Assembly (NCBI GenBank): GCA_910586375.1 | Contig: CAJUIE010000002.1 | Coordinates: 1 to 40,995, forward strand | DNA: 40,995 bases | From: an uncultured Alistipes sp. | GTDB taxonomy: Bacteria; Bacteroidota; Bacteroidia; Bacteroidales; Rikenellaceae | Direction: 5' to 3' | Shown: in pieces, positions 19,087 through 28,135 of the stretch | Numbering within the stretch: position 1 is the first letter of the stretch | Layout: every line of letters starts with the position of its first letter | Notes under the pieces: model-generated | Seen by the model: only the letters and a program-made list of their open reading frames with translations | Database searches by the model: none | Told to the model about the DNA's origin: nothing | Made by a program: the position numbers and the translations under genes

Positions 19087-19788
19087 TCAACGAAGGCGGG
19101 GAGGGATCGCAAATTTGTCCAGCGCCACCAGCTCCAGTTCATAGCAGAGCGTGGCATTGGCTCCGATGCCCAACTCGGCATTACCAGAGGCACCATACGC
19201 AGCAGCAGCGGGCAGCCAAGCAACAATACGACCACCACGGCCTACTAATTTGAGGCTCTCTTTCACCCCCTTGGGCAGGTCGCCCAGAGCTGTGCGCAGC
19301 GTATCGCCTCGTTCATAAGAGGAGAAGCGCTCCGTGCCATCAGCCGTGCGGATCGTGTAACGGATCGACACTGTATCGCGGTCAGAGGAGGGAATCTGCT
19401 CCTGGTCACCCACCTCGTCAACCGTATAGGTCACACCCGACGAAGTCCGGGCATAGGAGCGGTTGGACTTAGCGATGTCAGCGAGGAACTGCTCCTCGTA
19501 TTGGCGTGCTTTCTCGGGCAACGTATAGTTCATGTAACGCAAGAAAAAGGTTTCGGCATCGGCCTCGGCAAGCCTCGGCGAGTGCCGGAAAGCATCGCGA
19601 ATACCCTCACACACGGCCTCGGCGTTGATCGTCGAATCCATGCGCATGAGGTTATACGCCACATTAAGCCCGATAACATAGGCCACCGAATCGACGTCAC
19701 TGCGGAGCTTGACACCCCCGCCCGACTTCTTCGAACAGGCGGCAGCAGCCAGAACAACGACCCCCGCCCAGAAAAAAGCCCGTTTCAT
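19087..19788 (-). CDS. FKBP-type PPIase-like lipoprotein (diverged)
   Basis: Lipobox AAAC, DSVAYVIG FKBP_N, TSSGV.Y, P...AYG, L.YELEL. Confidence 0.85.
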   Translation of the reverse strand: MKRAFFWAGVVVLAAAACSKKSGGGVKLRSDVDSVAYVIGLNVAYNLMRMDSTINAEAVCEGIRDAFRHSPRLAEADAETFFLRYMNYTLPEKARQYEEQFLADIAKSNRSYARTSSGVTYTVDEVGDQEQIPSSDRDTVSIRYTIRTADGTERFSSYERGDTLRTALGDLPKGVKESLKLVGRGGRIVAWLPAAAAYGASGNAELGIGANATLCYELELVALDKFAIPPRLR

Positions 19789-21170
19789 CTCTGCACCGTT
19801 TTTTTCGAAAAGAGCAAAATCAGCACACTGCCTGCCACAGCGGCCGCCGTAGAACCCATCAGGATGGCGATCTTACCCCGATCGATGAGCCCGGGATCGA
19901 CAAAAGCCAGCGAATCGACAAAGAGCGACATGGTGAATCCAATACCACCCAGACACGCCACTGCCAGCAACATGCGCCACGTAGCGCCCTCCGGCATGAC
20001 AGCCAGCTTCGACTTGACAGCTATCCAGCTGGCGATAAAAATGCCCAGCGGCTTGCCCACCAGCAACCCGAAGAAGACACCCATGCCTACCGACCCGATT
20101 TCGGGCGAGAACTGGAAGATGTTGATGTACTCAAGCGAGGTGATCTCCACGCCTGCGTTGGCCAAAGCGAAAACAGGCATGATAAGGAACGTGACATAGG
20201 GTGTCAGAGCGTGTTCAAGCCGATAACTCATCCCCACCGAACGGGAGCAGAGCTGCGACATCTGACGCAGACAGAAACGATCCTCCTCATTGGGGAACTC
20301 CTCCTCAGTGGCTTCCGACGCAAGCAGATGCTCCTTCAGCCAGCGCATTTTATGGACGAAGTACTCCCGGCTGTAACGCGGCTCCATAGGGATCAACATA
20401 GCCATAGCAACACCCGAAAGGGTGGCATGAACACCCGAATAATAAAAGAGGCCCCAGACCACCACTGCGGGAACCAGATAAAAGCCCATGCGCTTCTCCC
20501 CCATATGATAAAGGACCCACACGCCCACCATGATGAGCAAGGCGATGACCAGCAACCCGAGCTGCAACTCCCCGCCATAAAAAAGCGCAATGACCAGAAT
20601 AGCCCCCAGGTCGTCGGCAATAGCCAAAGCCGTAAGGAAAATCTTGAGCGAAACGGGCACCCGGTCGCCCAACATCGAGAGAATACCCACAGCAAAGGCA
20701 ATGTCCGTAGCCGTAGGAATACCCCAGCCGTTGGCAGCAAGCGTCCCGTGGTTGAAGATTCCAAAAATCAGTGCCGGAGCGATCATACCTCCCGCCGCAG
20801 CCAACACGGGAAGGATCGCCTTGCGCACCGACGAAAGCTGACCGTTGATCACCTCGCGCTTGATTTCGAGGCCCACCGTGAAGAAAAAGACAACCATCAG
20901 GCAGTCATTAATGAACTTCTCAACAGTCATCCCATCGGGGAATACCCAGTCTATCAACCCACTGGGCGAATGAACCACGATCGACAGATCGGTCTCCAAA
21001 AGATTGTGGTAATAATGTTTGGTCCCGGGCAAATTAGCCAGCAACATGGCCACAACCACACATGCAAGCAGCACCACACCTCCGGCCCAGGGCGCCTCCA
21101 TAAAACCACGGCTGCGCAACGAAAGTTCGTGGCGACCGCGCACCCAACGATACATTGAAAACAGACGCAT
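19785..21170 (-). CDS. nhaA: Na+/H+ antiporter NhaA
   Basis: IND.LM..FF..VGLEIKRE, GWGIPTATDIAF, LAIADD, P.FALANAG, LGGIGFTMSLF. Confidence 0.95.
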   Translation of the reverse strand: MRLFSMYRWVRGRHELSLRSRGFMEAPWAGGVVLLACVVVAMLLANLPGTKHYYHNLLETDLSIVVHSPSGLIDWVFPDGMTVEKFINDCLMVVFFFTVGLEIKREVINGQLSSVRKAILPVLAAAGGMIAPALIFGIFNHGTLAANGWGIPTATDIAFAVGILSMLGDRVPVSLKIFLTALAIADDLGAILVIALFYGGELQLGLLVIALLIMVGVWVLYHMGEKRMGFYLVPAVVVWGLFYYSGVHATLSGVAMAMLIPMEPRYSREYFVHKMRWLKEHLLASEATEEEFPNEEDRFCLRQMSQLCSRSVGMSYRLEHALTPYVTFLIMPVFALANAGVEITSLEYINIFQFSPEIGSVGMGVFFGLLVGKPLGIFIASWIAVKSKLAVMPEGATWRMLLAVACLGGIGFTMSLFVDSLAFVDPGLIDRGKIAILMGSTAAAVAGSVLILLFSKKTVQR

Positions 21171-21185
21171 AACTCTTATTTATTT

Positions 21186-22229
21186 TTATTGTTCGCTATT
21201 CGACTTCAGGGCCATGCCGCAAAGTTTCCACAGCACCCGTGCGCCAACAATAGCATCGATACGATCGCCGGCAGCCGGAGCCACCTCCACTACATCGAAG
21301 CCGATGATCTGCCGTCCCGACCGGACAACAGTGTCCACCAACCACAGCGCCTCGTCAAAAGAGAGCCCCCCCGGAACAGGCGTACCTGTATGGGGGCAGT
21401 TATCGGGCGACAGTCCGTCGATATCGAAGCTTACATAAACCTCCTGCGGGAGCACATCCACAATGCGGCGGCACTGGACGTCCCACGTCTCGCCCCGGAA
21501 CTTCGCCGATGCAAGCGAGAGCCCGTCGAAAGTCTCCACACGCTCCGACCCAGTGGCCAGAGCAGCCTCGCCGACACTGAAGTCCCGCACGCCCACCTGC
21601 ACGAGCTTCCCGACCTGGGGCACGTCGCGCAGGACGTTGTACATGATCGAGGCGTGGGAAAACCCGAAACCCTCGTAAGCCTTGCGCAGGTCACAATGGG
21701 CGTCGATATGGAGAATGCCGAACTGCCCATGTCGCTGTCCCAGTTCGCGGATCAGACCATAAGGCGTCGAGTGGTCACCGCCGACCAGCCCCACGATCCG
21801 GCCCCGGTCGAGCCAATGGGATGCCTGAGCTGCGACGTTGTCGTTCATGGCGGCGCACCCCTCGTCGATGCGGCGAATACGGCGGAGCGTACGCTCATCA
21901 TCAGGACTGCCTCCCCTTTCGAGGTGCTCGATCACCCTGACCGCCTCGCCGCGTAACCGCTGCGAGGTTTCGAGCAGCGAGTAGTCCACATCAGCCGTAG
22001 CAATGCCGCGCCGCCACGCATCAGGCGACAGCGGATCGTAAAAGTCGAGCTGCGTAGATGCCTCAATGATGGCATCAGGACCATACGCCGCTCCGGCACC
22101 GTAAGAGACCGTTACGTCCCACGGCACAGAGACAAGCACCAGGCGTGCTGTCCCGGGCGTAAAAGGCAGTCCGAAATAACAGCCGTTGTCGACGCCTACT
22201 CCGTCGGGATCGAAATTTTGCTGTTCCAT
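21186..22229 (-). CDS. speB: Agmatinase/arginase family ureohydrolase
   Basis: GGDHS, HIDAHCD, SFDIDGL.P...P.TGTPVPGG; start re-called at MEQQ; TACCTTTG box at 22247-22254 (minus). Confidence 0.85.
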   Translation of the reverse strand: MEQQNFDPDGVGVDNGCYFGLPFTPGTARLVLVSVPWDVTVSYGAGAAYGPDAIIEASTQLDFYDPLSPDAWRRGIATADVDYSLLETSQRLRGEAVRVIEHLERGGSPDDERTLRRIRRIDEGCAAMNDNVAAQASHWLDRGRIVGLVGGDHSTPYGLIRELGQRHGQFGILHIDAHCDLRKAYEGFGFSHASIMYNVLRDVPQVGKLVQVGVRDFSVGEAALATGSERVETFDGLSLASAKFRGETWDVQCRRIVDVLPQEVYVSFDIDGLSPDNCPHTGTPVPGGLSFDEALWLVDTVVRSGRQIIGFDVVEVAPAAGDRIDAIVGARVLWKLCGMALKSNSEQ

Positions 22230-22302
22230 AATGCGATATTGCCGGACAAAGGTAGCTATTTTTTCATTTTTTCCTATTTTTGTCCGTTGCAATCTTTCGA
22301 AA

Positions 22303-23307
22303 ATGACACCGTTGAAAATCGTCGCCGACAGCGCCATTCCCTTTTTGCAGGGCGTGCTGGAACCCTGGGCCAAAGTGCGCTACATCGCAGGCTCGGAGAT
22401 CGGCCCCACCGACGTCCGCGACGCCGACGCAATAGTGATCCGCACCCGCACCCGCTGCGACGAACGACTGCTCGGCTCGTCCCGCCTGAAGCTCGTCGCT
22501 ACGGCCACCATCGGCTTCGATCATATCGACACAGCGTGGTGTGCTTCCCGCGGCATTCGCGTTACAACCGCAGCAGGATGCAACGCCCGGGGCGTCCTGC
22601 AATGGGTGGCCGCAGCACTGGAATACCTCGCCCGCACACAAGGCTGGCAGCCCTCCGAAAAGACGCTGGGCATCGTCGGCGTGGGACATGTCGGATCGCT
22701 CGTTAAAGAATATGCCGAAATGTGGGGCTTCCGCGTCGTCTGCTGCGATCCTCCGCGCGAAGCACGCGAACACCTCGGGTTCCGGCCCCTCGACGAAGTA
22801 ATCCGTCAGGCTGACCTGCTGACATTCCACGTTCCTCTGGATGCCTCAACCCGCCACATGGCCGGCTCCCGGCTGCTCGCTCTTACAAAACCCGGGACTG
22901 TCATCCTCAACTCCTCGCGCGGCGAAGTAGTCGACACACAGGCACTGCTGGCCTCCGGGCGCCCCTGCGTGCTGGATGTCTGGGAACACGAACCCCGCAT
23001 CGACGAGGTGCTGCTCGACCGGTCCCTCCTGGCTACGCCCCACATAGCAGGCTACTCCGAGCAAGGCAAGGCCACAGCTACGGCACTGGCCGTCGAAGCC
23101 ATCGCCCGCACCTTCTCGCTGCCGATCGGGGGGTGGTACCCACCCCAGGCGGCCCCCGCTGCACCCCGGCCCATTTCGTGGCCGGAACTTTGCAGCTCCA
23201 TCCACACGGCGTTCAATATCGAGGCCGAGAGCCGACGGCTGAAGAGCTCCCCCCACGATTTCGAGACACTCCGCGACCACTACAACTACCGCCGCGAATA
23301 TTTTTGA
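22303..23307 (+). CDS. pdxB: 4-phosphoerythronate dehydrogenase
   Basis: IRTRT, TATIGFDHID, GCNA, GIVGVGHVG, FHVPL, N.SRGEVVD, LDVWEHEP, TPHIAGYS..GK, R..Y..RRE. Confidence 0.92.
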   Translation: MTPLKIVADSAIPFLQGVLEPWAKVRYIAGSEIGPTDVRDADAIVIRTRTRCDERLLGSSRLKLVATATIGFDHIDTAWCASRGIRVTTAAGCNARGVLQWVAAALEYLARTQGWQPSEKTLGIVGVGHVGSLVKEYAEMWGFRVVCCDPPREAREHLGFRPLDEVIRQADLLTFHVPLDASTRHMAGSRLLALTKPGTVILNSSRGEVVDTQALLASGRPCVLDVWEHEPRIDEVLLDRSLLATPHIAGYSEQGKATATALAVEAIARTFSLPIGGWYPPQAAPAAPRPISWPELCSSIHTAFNIEAESRRLKSSPHDFETLRDHYNYRREYF

Positions 23308-23348
23308 GGATATTTTCCTACCTTTGCGTCTGAAATGCCGTACGTATC

Positions 23349-24458
23349 ATGTACCGCCGAATAATAAAACCCCTGCTCTTCTCGCTCCGCATCGAACGAG
23401 CGCATCGTCTGGTCCTGATTGCACTGCGCGTCATAGGGACAATACCCGGCGGTCGTTGGCTCCTCGACAAATGCTACTCCGTATACCATCCGGCCCTCGA
23501 ACGTGAAGTCTTCGGTCTGAGGTTCCGCAATCCTGTGGGTCTGGCGGCCGGCTTTGACCGTAATGCCGAAGCCTTCCGCGAACTCTCAGCCTTGGGATTC
23601 GGATTCGTCGAGGTGGGAACCCTCACCCCCCAGCCCCAGCACGGGAATCCGCGCCCCCGTATCTTCCGGCTCCCCAAAGACCGGGCAATCATCCAGCGCA
23701 TGGGAGTTCCTAACCGGGGACTGGCAACGGCCCTCCGGCACCTGCGACGCCCCCATGAAGGGATAATCGTAGGCTGCAACATCGGGCACAATGCCGCAAC
23801 CGCCCCGGACGAGGCTCCCGGCGACTATCTGAAACTCTTCCGCAACCTCTACCAATACGTCGACTATTTTACGGTCGACATCTGCTGCGACAACGCCTGC
23901 CACGAGGACCACAGCCAGCTTCGGGAACAGATTCTGCGCATTCTCACCCCGCTTTTCGATTTCCGTCGCGGGCAGAACCACTATCGCCCCGTGATGCTCA
24001 AGATTTCACCCGACATGTCCAACGATGAGATCGACCGCATCACCGACATCCTGATCGAAACACCGCTCGACGGTATTGTCGCAATCAACGGCACCCACCA
24101 CCGCGAAAAGCTCCGTACAAACCGAGCCAGCCTCGACAAAATCGGAGCCGGCCGGCTGAGCGGCGCGCCCCTCCTGACCCGGACGGTGGAGATCATCCGC
24201 CGCATCCACATCCGCTCGGGCGGCACCTACCCCATCATCGGAGTGGGCGGAGCAATGAGCCCCGCCGATGTCCGGGCAATGCTCGATGCCGGAGCCGACC
24301 TGGTACAACTCTACACCGGATTCGTCTACGAAGGTCCCCGCATCGTCCGTGAGGTCTGCCGGGCTCTGATTGCCGATGCCATCCGCCAGAAACAGACCGA
24401 ATCCAACGTTCAGACTACTGACACCGCCCCTGCTTCTGCCACAAAATCCCGCTCTTAA
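23349..24458 (+). CDS. pyrD: Class 2 (quinone-type) dihydroorotate dehydrogenase-like protein, diverged active site
   Basis: F.NPVGLAAGFD, EVGT.TP.PQ.GNPRPR.FRL, KISPD, LSG.PL, IIGVGG, GADLVQLYTG..YEGP. Confidence 0.8.
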   Translation: MYRRIIKPLLFSLRIERAHRLVLIALRVIGTIPGGRWLLDKCYSVYHPALEREVFGLRFRNPVGLAAGFDRNAEAFRELSALGFGFVEVGTLTPQPQHGNPRPRIFRLPKDRAIIQRMGVPNRGLATALRHLRRPHEGIIVGCNIGHNAATAPDEAPGDYLKLFRNLYQYVDYFTVDICCDNACHEDHSQLREQILRILTPLFDFRRGQNHYRPVMLKISPDMSNDEIDRITDILIETPLDGIVAINGTHHREKLRTNRASLDKIGAGRLSGAPLLTRTVEIIRRIHIRSGGTYPIIGVGGAMSPADVRAMLDAGADLVQLYTGFVYEGPRIVREVCRALIADAIRQKQTESNVQTTDTAPASATKSRS

Positions 24459-24471
24459 AAGTCTCCGTCGA

Positions 24472-24678
24472 CCGCTTCGGGTTGCCGCGACGGCAGTTCC
24501 GGCGTTCCGTACAATATAAGCTCGAGCGGTTGCGCCTGGAGCAGTTCGACTGTCTCGGCGTCGAGTGTGGGCGGGTCGCTCTTGGTCTTCAGCAGTTCCA
24601 GCGTAAACCCTGAGAACTTCAGTGGCCGTGCGAGCGGTTTCCCCGTTCGCTGCGTGCAGGAATAAGAGAGGGGGGGGG
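24472..24678 (+). repeat. Orphan DGR variable-region-like cassette, copy B
   Basis: Reads ASGCRDGSSGVPYNISSSGCAWSSSTVSASSVGGSLLVFSSSSVNPENFSGRASGFPVRCVQE* (TAA 24663-24665) then GAGA(G)9; 43 nt at the 3' end identical to copy A. Confidence 0.8.
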
Positions 24679-24859
24679 CAAACGAGGAGCAACCGCAGCC
24701 CTTGCCGAGACCAAGAAAAGTGGCGCCAGGAAAAGAGAGCAGAACCCTTAACGATATACAGCGTCTTCGCTCCGCTCAAAATGGAGAAAGAATGTCCGGA
24801 ACAACAAAAAAACGCAACGATTTTTAATTTTTCCTTGCAAACCCACAACCCAGCTACTC

Positions 24860-26104
24860 ATGGAAGCCACAATCATCACCATCGGCGACGAAATACTCAT
24901 CGGACAGATCGTCGACACCAACTCGGTCTCCATTGCCCGCCACCTCGAGACGGCAGGCATTGTCGTTCGCGAAAAGATTGCTATCGGTGACAACGCCCGG
25001 CAGATCGTCTCGACGCTTGAACGTGCGCTGCACTCCTCACATGTTGTCATCCTCACCGGCGGGCTGGGCCCCACCAAGGACGACATCACCAAGAAAACCC
25101 TCGCCGGATTCTTCGGCGGAGGGATGCGCTGCGACGAGCGGGTCGCCGACCATGTGCGGCGGATGCTCGAAAGCCGTGGCATCCCTTTTAATGACTTAAA
25201 CCGTTCGCAGGCTGAGGTTCCGGAGAATTGCTCCGTGTTGTTCAACACATACGGAACAGCCCCGGGCATGTGGTTCGAACGCGACGGCCACATCATCGTA
25301 TCGCTGCCCGGTGTGCCCTACGAAATGGAGCACCTCATGCAAGACGAAGTGATGCCGCGGCTTAAGGCGCGCTTCACCCTCAAGCAGATCATCCACCGCA
25401 CGATGATCACCTCCGGATTGGCCGAATCGATGCTCGCCGAAACGATTGCCGGGTGGGAAAACGCCTTGCCCTCCTACCTCAAGCTGGCCTACCTGCCCAA
25501 TCCGGGCGCCGTGCGGCTGCGCCTCTCGGCCTACGAGGTTGAGGGAGAGAGCGTCTCACAAGAGATCGAACAACAATTCGAAACATTGCGCACGATCATC
25601 CCCCATTACGTCATCGGCTATGAGACTGCCTCGGTGCAGGAGCTGATCCACAATACACTGCTCGAACGCAACCTGAGCCTCGCTACAGCCGAAAGCTGCA
25701 CGGGCGGTACCATCGCATCCCGATTTACGGCCCTGCCCGGAGCCTCGGCCTACTTCCGCTGCGGTGTAGTAGCTTACAGCAACCAGGCCAAGGCTGAAGT
25801 GCTGGGTGTCGACCCCGCCGCCATCCGTCGATTCGGTGCCGTGAGCGAAGAGGTTGCCCGCCAAATGGCCGAAGGAGCCCGCCGCATTGCTGGCTCGGAT
25901 TACGCCATAGCGACCACAGGTATAGCAGGGCCCACGGGCGGCACGGACGAAAAACCCGTCGGCACGGTCTGGATCGCCGTAGCAACGCCCGAACATACCG
26001 TGGCCGTGGTGAAGCAGTGCGGTTCCGACCGAGGGCAGGTCATCGACCGTGCCTCATCAATGGCCATTTCCCTGCTGCGGGAAGAGTTGCTCAAAAGAGA
26101 ATAA
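24860..26104 (+). CDS. cinA: Competence/damage-inducible protein CinA (MoCF-like + NMN deamidase)
   Basis: IITIGDEILIGQIVDTNS, GGLGPTKDDIT, GTAPG, LPGVPYEM, AESCTGG, GAVS, TTGIAGP.GG..EKPVGTV. Confidence 0.95.
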   Translation: MEATIITIGDEILIGQIVDTNSVSIARHLETAGIVVREKIAIGDNARQIVSTLERALHSSHVVILTGGLGPTKDDITKKTLAGFFGGGMRCDERVADHVRRMLESRGIPFNDLNRSQAEVPENCSVLFNTYGTAPGMWFERDGHIIVSLPGVPYEMEHLMQDEVMPRLKARFTLKQIIHRTMITSGLAESMLAETIAGWENALPSYLKLAYLPNPGAVRLRLSAYEVEGESVSQEIEQQFETLRTIIPHYVIGYETASVQELIHNTLLERNLSLATAESCTGGTIASRFTALPGASAYFRCGVVAYSNQAKAEVLGVDPAAIRRFGAVSEEVARQMAEGARRIAGSDYAIATTGIAGPTGGTDEKPVGTVWIAVATPEHTVAVVKQCGSDRGQVIDRASSMAISLLREELLKRE

Positions 26105-26168
26105 TTTCCTGCGGGCCCCTGTTTACAAATAATTAACCCCGGCTTTTTGCCGTTTATGGAAAAAGTCG

Positions 26169-26176
26169 TATATTTG
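26169..26176 (+). promoter_or_regulatory. -7 box of the rpmB operon promoter
   Basis: TATATTTG with TTTG 19 nt upstream (26146-26149). Confidence 0.7.
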
Positions 26177-26219
26177 CATCCCGTTTTATGCGGAAACAAA
26201 CCAATTAACCAAACGACAA

Positions 26220-26453
26220 ATGAAAGTTTGCGAAATCACAGGCAAGGTAGCGGTCGTGGGCAACAACGTCTCCCACTCGCACCACAAGACCAAACGCAAA
26301 TTCAGTCCCAATCTGAAAACCAAGCGTTTCTGGTCGGAGCAGGAAGGTCGCTGGATCACCCTCAAAGTGACAGCCGCCGGTATGAAAACCATCAACAAGA
26401 AGGGCCTGGCAGTCGCCTTGCGCGAGGCCGCAGCACCCCAAAAAGTTTACTAA
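26220..26453 (+). CDS. rpmB: 50S ribosomal protein L28
   Basis: C.ITGK....GNNVSHS..KTKRKF.PNL. Confidence 0.97.
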   Translation: MKVCEITGKVAVVGNNVSHSHHKTKRKFSPNLKTKRFWSEQEGRWITLKVTAAGMKTINKKGLAVALREAAAPQKVY

Positions 26454-26468
26454 AAATTTCTCGTCCAC

Positions 26469-26651
26469 ATGGCAAAGAAAGGCAATCGGGTGCAGGTCAT
26501 CCTCGAATGCACCGAACAGAAGGAGAGCGGCGTTGCGGGAATGTCCCGTTACATCACCACCAAGAACAAGAAGAACACCCCCGACCGTCTGGAGCGCAAG
26601 AAGTACAACCCTTTCCTCAAGCGCGTCACCGTTCACCGTGAAATCAAATAG
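26469..26651 (+). CDS. rpmG: 50S ribosomal protein L33
   Basis: R.QVILECTE...[22 protein letters not shown]. Confidence 0.97.
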   Translation: MAKKGNRVQVILECTEQKESGVAGMSRYITTKNKKNTPDRLERKKYNPFLKRVTVHREIK

Positions 26652-26663
26652 TTATAGAGCACC

Positions 26664-26822
26664 ATGGCAAAGAAAGTAGTCGCAACACTGAAAACCGGCA
26701 CGGGTAAGCAGTTCACCAAGTGCATCAAGATGGTCAAGTCGGAGAAGACGGGAGCCTATATGTTCAAGGAAGGCATCATCCCCAACGACCAGGTAAAGGA
26801 TTTCTTCGAAGAGAAGAAATAA
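26664..26822 (+). CDS. DUF4295 family small protein (52 aa; not in ORF track)
   Basis: Manual translation MAKKVVATLKTGTGKQFTKCIKMVKSEKTGAYMFKEGIIPNDQVKDFFEEKK*; typical gene after rpmG in Bacteroidota. Confidence 0.9.
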   Translation: MAKKVVATLKTGTGKQFTKCIKMVKSEKTGAYMFKEGIIPNDQVKDFFEEKK

Positions 26823-26850
26823 GTATTTTAAGAGTTTTTTTCTCTTAAAT

Positions 26851-26880
26851 ACAAAGGGCATCCGCAAGGGTGCCCTTTGT
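26851..26880 (+). terminator. Terminator hairpin after rpmB-rpmG-DUF4295
   Basis: ACAAAGGGCATCC-GCAA-GGGTGCCCTTTGT. Confidence 0.75.
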
Positions 26881-26890
26881 GTATCTCCGC

Positions 26891-27070
26891 CCCGCTTCGG
26901 GTTCCCGCACCAGCTTTTCCGGCGACCTGAACGTTGTGGGCGCAAACGGTTTCCCCGTTCGCTGCGTGCAACTTTGCGTAAGCCGAGAGCAGAGGCCGTT
27001 TACGGACTTTGCCGAGGCGCGACAAAGTGGCGCCTCCAATGGGGGCGTCATGGATAAGAGAGGGGGGGGG
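26891..27070 (+). repeat. Orphan DGR variable-region-like cassette, copy C (internally deleted, with 3' insertion)
   Basis: PASGSRTSFSGDLNVVGANGFPVRCV at 26891-26970, then about 83 nt of hairpins, then ATAAGAGA(G)9 at 27054-27070. Confidence 0.75.
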
Positions 27071-27076
27071 TAGACG

Positions 27077-27931
27077 TCAGAATCGCCGGACAGCCCGTAC
27101 AAGAAACTTATCGCTCTTGGGCACGTCATTCTCATAGGGAGGTTCGATGCCTGTATGGGTGGTCATAGCGCTTTTTTCGTTGCGTTCGGTCGAGGAAAAA
27201 TAGTAAACCATACGATCCATGCGTTCGCCGCCGTGTCCCCTGAGCGCATCATTAAAAAGATTGCGCGCCTGACGGTTATAAGACAAACGGGTTCCTCCGT
27301 TATAATTGTGACCTATGACCAACAATTCGTCAATGGCGGGCAGATACCATCCCTCCCCCTTGTCACGACACCACTTGAATGCCGGAAAGTCATCCCACGA
27401 CAGACCGTTTTCGGCGATATAGCGAGCCACTTGCTCCATGTTGACACGTCCATCAGCGGGATCGACAGCCCCCACTGCCCGCCGGTCAGGCCTCCGGAAG
27501 AGGCTCCAGGGCAGATAGATTTCGTCAAGCGAAAGGATCAACCCATGCGTCCCCTCATCCGTAAGCAAGCAGACGATGCCTTTCACATCGCCCTGTTCGT
27601 AATAATCGCCTATTTTCCAGCGCCGGAGCACCAAATCCTCGGGCACAGCAGAAGCCGGCATCTCAGACACTGCGCCCCCCTCATCCGCCGGTCGGCCGAA
27701 ACGCTCCACGTCCCCATTGACATAGCGGATATAGTCGATTTCGACCACCGGCAGCACATAGGTCGGACCGCCGGGGTTAGAGAAACGTTTATAACGGACA
27801 ACATCGGGTGCGACCTCCATCACCCGGGCCTCGATCTGTGAAGCATCGCGTTTGACAATCAGGTCTTGCGCAACGGCAGACCAAGCGCAGCCCCAGGCCG
27901 CAGCAAGGAGCAGAAGTCTCTTTTTCATCAT
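27077..27931 (-). CDS. Secreted protein with C-terminal DUF1566/C-type-lectin-like domain
   Basis: Signal peptide, QDLIVKRD N-domain, WYLPAIDEL, YYFSSTE and terminal VRAVRRF; TATCTTTG box at 27953-27960 (minus). Confidence 0.7.
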   Translation of the reverse strand: MMKKRLLLLAAAWGCAWSAVAQDLIVKRDASQIEARVMEVAPDVVRYKRFSNPGGPTYVLPVVEIDYIRYVNGDVERFGRPADEGGAVSEMPASAVPEDLVLRRWKIGDYYEQGDVKGIVCLLTDEGTHGLILSLDEIYLPWSLFRRPDRRAVGAVDPADGRVNMEQVARYIAENGLSWDDFPAFKWCRDKGEGWYLPAIDELLVIGHNYNGGTRLSYNRQARNLFNDALRGHGGERMDRMVYYFSSTERNEKSAMTTHTGIEPPYENDVPKSDKFLVRAVRRF

Positions 27932-27996
27932 AGCGGATCATTCGATATACAACAAAGATAACGTTTTTTTCCGAATTTTCTTATTATTTTTTGTTA

Positions 27997-28135
27997 CGCC
28001 TTAGATACTGCGCCTCGGTCCTGTAAATAAATTTGCATGGCTCTCGGCTTAATCGTACTTTGGCTTGCGCCTTAGATACTCCGCCTCGGCAAATGCAAAT
28101 AAATTTGCTTTGCTCTCGGCTTAATCGTATCTTTG
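27997..28135 (+). repeat. 72-bp promoter-bearing repeat, locus 2 (about 2 tandem units) upstream of ftsY
   Basis: CGCCTTAGATACT..GCCTCGG...AAATAAATTTGC...GCTCTCGGCTTAATCGTA twice; CGTA at 28054 and 28126. Confidence 0.85.

Noticed and set aside
24006..24848. 280-aa minus ORF and 24622-24990 plus ORF
   Set aside because: Alternative-frame or antisense readings of pyrD, cassette B and cinA
27997..28135. CRISPR array
   Set aside because: Whole 72-bp units are similar, with no unique spacers, only about 2 units and no cas genes
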